Source: Deltaproteobacteria bacterium
Lineage (GTDB): Bacteria > Desulfobacterota > Deferrimicrobia > Deferrimicrobiales > Deferrimicrobiaceae
Assembly: GCA_016234845.1 (NCBI GenBank)
Contig: JACRNP010000030.1
Span: 1-64,000, forward strand
Direction of reading: 5' to 3'
DNA length: 64,000 nucleotides
Shown here one piece after another: positions 60,553-64,000 of this stretch. The translations under genes and the position numbers were made by a program. Every line of letters begins with the position of its first letter. Positions within the stretch are counted from its first letter, which is position 1. The notes below the pieces were generated by a model. That model saw only the letters and a program-made list of their open reading frames with translations. It was not told where the DNA came from and did not search any database.

Positions 60553-62460
60553 ATGAAGGAGATCCTGAAAACCCACGGCACCTTCCCGCGGCTGCTCTCC
60601 CGCAACGCGGAGCTCTTCGGCGACCGGAAGGTCGCCATGCGCGAGAAGGAGTTCGGCATCTGGCAGGAGTACAGCTGGAAGGAGTACCACGACCACGTGA
60701 AGTACTTCTCCCTCGGGATGGTCTCGCTGGGCCTCTCCCGCGGCGACAAGGTGGCGATCATCGGCGACAACCGCCCCGAATGGGTGTGGGCCGAGGTCGC
60801 GGCGCAGGCAGCCGGCGCGGTGCCGCTGGGGCTGTACCAGGACTCGACGCTGAAGGAGGTCTCCTACGTCATCGACCATTCCGACGCCTCGTTCGTCGTG
60901 GCGGAGGACCAGGAGCAGGTCGACAAGATCCTCGACATGAAGGAGCAGCTTCCCAAGGTCCGCTACATCATCTACAGCGACCCGCGGGGGATGCGGGGGT
61001 ACAAGGAGCCGTTCCTCCTCGACTTCAAGGAGGTCGAGAATTTCGGCCGCGACCTCGAGCAGCGGGAGCCGGGGCTGTACGCCGCGAACGTCGAGGCCAC
61101 GAAGTACGAGGACCTCGCGCTCATCTGCTACACCTCCGGGACCACCGGTTTCCCGAAGGGGGCGATGCTGTCGTTCCGCAACCTGCTGAGCATGGCGGCC
61201 AACCTGATGGAGGTGGACTCGAAGGTCGGGAAGGACGAATTCGTCTCCTTCCTTCCGCTGGCGTGGATCGGAGAGCAGATGATGTGCCTCTCCAGCGCGC
61301 TGCTCACCGGGTTCACGGTGAACTTCCCCGAGAAGCCGGAGACGGTGCAGGAGAACATCCGCGAGATCGGCCCCACCATCATGTTCTCCCCGCCCCGGAT
61401 CTGGGAGAACATGACCTCCACCGTGCAGGTGAAGGTCATGGACGCCTCCGCGCTCAAGCGGAGGATGTACGGGTGGGCGCTCCCGGTCGGGTACGAATAC
61501 GCCGACGCCGTCTTCCGGAAGCAGGCGATTCCCGCGTCCCTCCGGTTCCGGTACCGGCTCGCGTACGCGCTGGTCTTCCGGGCGCTGAAGGACCGCCTGG
61601 GCCTTCTCCGCATCCGGTCGGCCTCCACCGGCGGGGCCGCGCTGGGGCCCGACGTCTTCAAGTTCTTCAACGCGATGGGAGTCAACCTGAAGCAGATCTA
61701 CGGCCAGACCGAGATCTCCGGCATCTCGTGCATCCACCGGGAGGGGGACATCAACTTCGACTCGGTGGGGAAGCCGATCCCCGAGACGGAGATCCGGCTG
61801 TCTGCGAGCGGAGAGATCCTCTCGCGCTCCCCGTCGGTGTTCCTCGGGTACTACAAGAACCCGGAGGAGACGGAGAAGGCCTTGAGCGACGGCTGGCTCC
61901 ACTCGGGCGACGCGGGGTACTTCACGGAGGACGGCCACCTGATCGTCATCGACCGGGTGAAGGACGTCATGCACCTGAACGACGCCACCCGGTTCTCGCC
62001 GCAGTTCATCGAGAACAAGCTGAAATTCTCCCCCTACATCAAGGAGTGCGTCTGCCTGGGCGACAAGCGCGACTTCATCGCCTCCATGCTCTGCATCGAC
62101 TACCCGAACGTCGGGAAGTGGGCGGAGAGCCGCCGGATCTCCTACACCACCTACACCGACCTGGCGGCGAAGCCCGAGGTGCTGGAACTGCTGGCGAAGG
62201 AGGTGGAGAAGGTGAACGCCACGCTCCCGGAGACGACGCGGATAAAGAAGATCGTCCCGCTCTACAAGGAGCTGGACGCGGACGACGACGAGCTGACCCG
62301 CACGCGGAAGGTCCGCCGGGCGTTCGTCGGGGACCGGTACCGGCACGTGATCGAGGGGATGTACGACGGGGCCATGGAGATCCCGATCGACGCCGTCATC
62401 AAGTACCAGGACGGGAAGACGTCCAACATCAAGACGACGCTCGGCGTCCGGAACCTGTGA
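60553..62460 (+). CDS. AMP-dependent synthetase/ligase (long-chain/aromatic acyl-CoA ligase) embedded in ABC transporter operon
   Basis: 635 aa; AMP-binding motif YTSGTTGFPKGAMLS; ...GYGQTE...; ...GWLHSGDAGY... Confidence 0.85.
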   Translation: MKEILKTHGTFPRLLSRNAELFGDRKVAMREKEFGIWQEYSWKEYHDHVKYFSLGMVSLGLSRGDKVAIIGDNRPEWVWAEVAAQAAGAVPLGLYQDSTLKEVSYVIDHSDASFVVAEDQEQVDKILDMKEQLPKVRYIIYSDPRGMRGYKEPFLLDFKEVENFGRDLEQREPGLYAANVEATKYEDLALICYTSGTTGFPKGAMLSFRNLLSMAANLMEVDSKVGKDEFVSFLPLAWIGEQMMCLSSALLTGFTVNFPEKPETVQENIREIGPTIMFSPPRIWENMTSTVQVKVMDASALKRRMYGWALPVGYEYADAVFRKQAIPASLRFRYRLAYALVFRALKDRLGLLRIRSASTGGAALGPDVFKFFNAMGVNLKQIYGQTEISGISCIHREGDINFDSVGKPIPETEIRLSASGEILSRSPSVFLGYYKNPEETEKALSDGWLHSGDAGYFTEDGHLIVIDRVKDVMHLNDATRFSPQFIENKLKFSPYIKECVCLGDKRDFIASMLCIDYPNVGKWAESRRISYTTYTDLAAKPEVLELLAKEVEKVNATLPETTRIKKIVPLYKELDADDDELTRTRKVRRAFVGDRYRHVIEGMYDGAMEIPIDAVIKYQDGKTSNIKTTLGVRNL

Positions 62461-62471
62461 GGGAACAAGGC

Positions 62472-63368
62472 ATGACGACGCAATACCTTCTTCAGCTCGT
62501 CATCAGCGGACTCGTCGTGGGGAGCATCTACGCCGCCGTCGCGCTGGGCTTCACGATCATCTACAAGGCGACACGGGTGGTCAACTTCGCGCAGGGCGAG
62601 TTCCTGATGACGGGGGCGTACGTCTGCTACGCCTTCGTCGTGCAGATGCACGTCCCGTTCTGGGCGGCGCTCCTGCTCACGATCCTCTTCTCGCTGGTGA
62701 TGGCGGTGCTCCTCGAACGGATCGTGCTGCGGCCGATGATCGGCGAGCCGATCATCTCCATCATCATGGTCACCATCGGGCTTTCGCTCATCATGCGGTC
62801 CCTCGTCACCGCGATCTGGGGGAACGACATCCTCGTGTACGAACCGAAGCTCTTCCCGCAGGAAACCGTGTCGCTGGGCGGCGTCCCCGTCTCCCAGGAG
62901 TTCATCTGGTGCTTCGTCCTGTCGATGGTCCTCCTGGCGATCTTCTCCGCCTTCTTCAAGTATTCGAAGGCCGGGGTGGCGATGCGGGCCACGGCGTTCA
63001 ACCAGCAGGCCGCGCAGTCGATGGGGATCTCGGTCAAGCACATCTTCGCCCTGTCGTGGATCATCTCCGCCGTCGTATCCGGGATCGGCGGGGTCCTGAT
63101 CGGCAACATCAACGGGATCAACAGCTCCCTCTACCATTTCGGCCTCAAGGTCTTCCCCGCGACGATCCTCGGCGGGCTCGACTCGATCCTCGGGGCCGCC
63201 CTCGGGGGGCTGATCATCGGGCTGCTCGAGAACCTCTCGGACGGCCTCTGCAAGGCGTACCTCGACCTGAGCGGCGTGAAGGAGGTCGCCCCGTACGTCA
63301 TCCTGGTCGTCATCCTCATGATCAAGCCGTACGGGCTGTTCGGCACGAAAGAAATCGAGCGGGTCTGA
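62472..63368 (+). CDS. Liv/HAAT-family ABC transporter permease (LivH-like)
   Basis: 298 aa, 8-10 TM; ...GFTIIYKATRVVNFAQGEF... typical LivH. Confidence 0.88.
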   Translation: MTTQYLLQLVISGLVVGSIYAAVALGFTIIYKATRVVNFAQGEFLMTGAYVCYAFVVQMHVPFWAALLLTILFSLVMAVLLERIVLRPMIGEPIISIIMVTIGLSLIMRSLVTAIWGNDILVYEPKLFPQETVSLGGVPVSQEFIWCFVLSMVLLAIFSAFFKYSKAGVAMRATAFNQQAAQSMGISVKHIFALSWIISAVVSGIGGVLIGNINGINSSLYHFGLKVFPATILGGLDSILGAALGGLIIGLLENLSDGLCKAYLDLSGVKEVAPYVILVVILMIKPYGLFGTKEIERV

Positions 63369-63402
63369 AGGACCGGCGGGGCGGGAAAAGGAGAACCACG
63401 GG

Positions 63403-64000
63403 ATGCAGTATTGCGGCGACTTCCGGACCACCTACGAATCGGACGTCAAGATCTTCCAGACGCCCTTCATCAAGGTCTGCATGGGGTTCTTCGGCGTCGC
63501 CCTCCTCGTGCTGCCGTTCCTGATCAAGGGGGAGTACCTCTGGATCGTCCTGCAGATCCTGATCGCGGTCATCGGGGCGGTCGGACTCAACATCCTCACC
63601 GGGTTCACCGGGCAGATCTCGCTCGGGCAGGGGGCGTTCCTCGGGGTGGGAGCGTACACCTCGGCGTACCTCACGACGAAGCTGGGGCTCTCCTTCTGGA
63701 TCGGCGTTCCGGCGGCGGGGATTTTGACCGCCATGGCGGGGATGGTCTTCGGCGTCCCGTCGCTGCGCCTCAAGGGGCTCTACCTCGCCATCGCCACGCT
63801 GGCCTCCCAGTTCATCCTCGAATGGATCTTCCTCCGGTGGGAACCGGTGACCGGGGGAAGCTACGGCATCGCGATCCCGCGCCCGGCGATCGGGGGATAC
63901 TCCTTCGAGTCGGACCGCTCCTACTACTACATCGTCCTCGCCTTCGCGGTGGTGATGACCCTGTTCGCGACGAACCTGATCCGGACGAAGACGGGGCGCG
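63403..64000 (+). CDS. Liv/HAAT-family ABC transporter permease (LivM-like), 3'-truncated by window edge
   Basis: ATG 63403 after GGAG RBS; open frame to window end; ...TGFTGQISLGQGAFLGVGAYTSAYL... typical LivM. Confidence 0.8.
   Translation, partial: MQYCGDFRTTYESDVKIFQTPFIKVCMGFFGVALLVLPFLIKGEYLWIVLQILIAVIGAVGLNILTGFTGQISLGQGAFLGVGAYTSAYLTTKLGLSFWIGVPAAGILTAMAGMVFGVPSLRLKGLYLAIATLASQFILEWIFLRWEPVTGGSYGIAIPRPAIGGYSFESDRSYYYIVLAFAVVMTLFATNLIRTKTGR

Overview
This 64-kb window is a high-GC (~68-70 %) chromosomal core region from a diderm (LPS-producing) bacterium. Gene content and order resemble Deltaproteobacteria/Desulfuromonadales-like genomes. The window is almost entirely protein-coding; I found no rRNA, tRNA, CRISPR array or mobile element. 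Products were recognised by reading conserved motifs in the supplied translations, not by database search. The layout, in order: (1) nrdR-ribD-ribE-ribBA-ribH-nusB-leuS-lptE-holA (riboflavin operon plus leuS cluster); (2) rpsT, ogt, mazG; (3) a hypothetical TPR/zinc-ribbon membrane protein plus a DUF4388 protein; (4) phoH-7TM-HD(PgpH-like)-ybeY-lnt-prfB-lysS; (5) a ~20-kb co-directional envelope supra-operon (lolCE-lolD-bamA-skp-lpxD-fabZ-lpxA-lpxB-msbA-waaA-lpxK-lpxL-gmhB-DUF3108-trm112-hldE(kinase)-hyp-yicC-gmk-rpoZ-spoT-ridA); (6) rpmB, DUF218, purN-purM, cinA-like, a secreted hypothetical; (7) a TPR lipoprotein divergent from a 15-heme c-type cytochrome; (8) a tolC-macA-macB(ATPase)-macB(FtsX) efflux operon; (9) ppiA, uspA, rluA-family, DUF4124; (10) a CbrA/CbrB-like pair (SSS-STAC-PAS histidine kinase plus NtrC-family sigma54 activator) followed by a palindromic UAS and a textbook -24/-12 sigma54 promoter driving a Liv-type ABC transporter operon with an embedded acyl-CoA ligase. 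Most notable observations: ribD and lpxD each carry an internal deletion with frameshift, in genes that should be essential; prfB has its programmed +1 frameshift; and the CbrAB-like sigma54 regulon, the most system-like finding. The many long antisense or alternate-frame ORFs in the supplied track are high-GC artefacts and were rejected.
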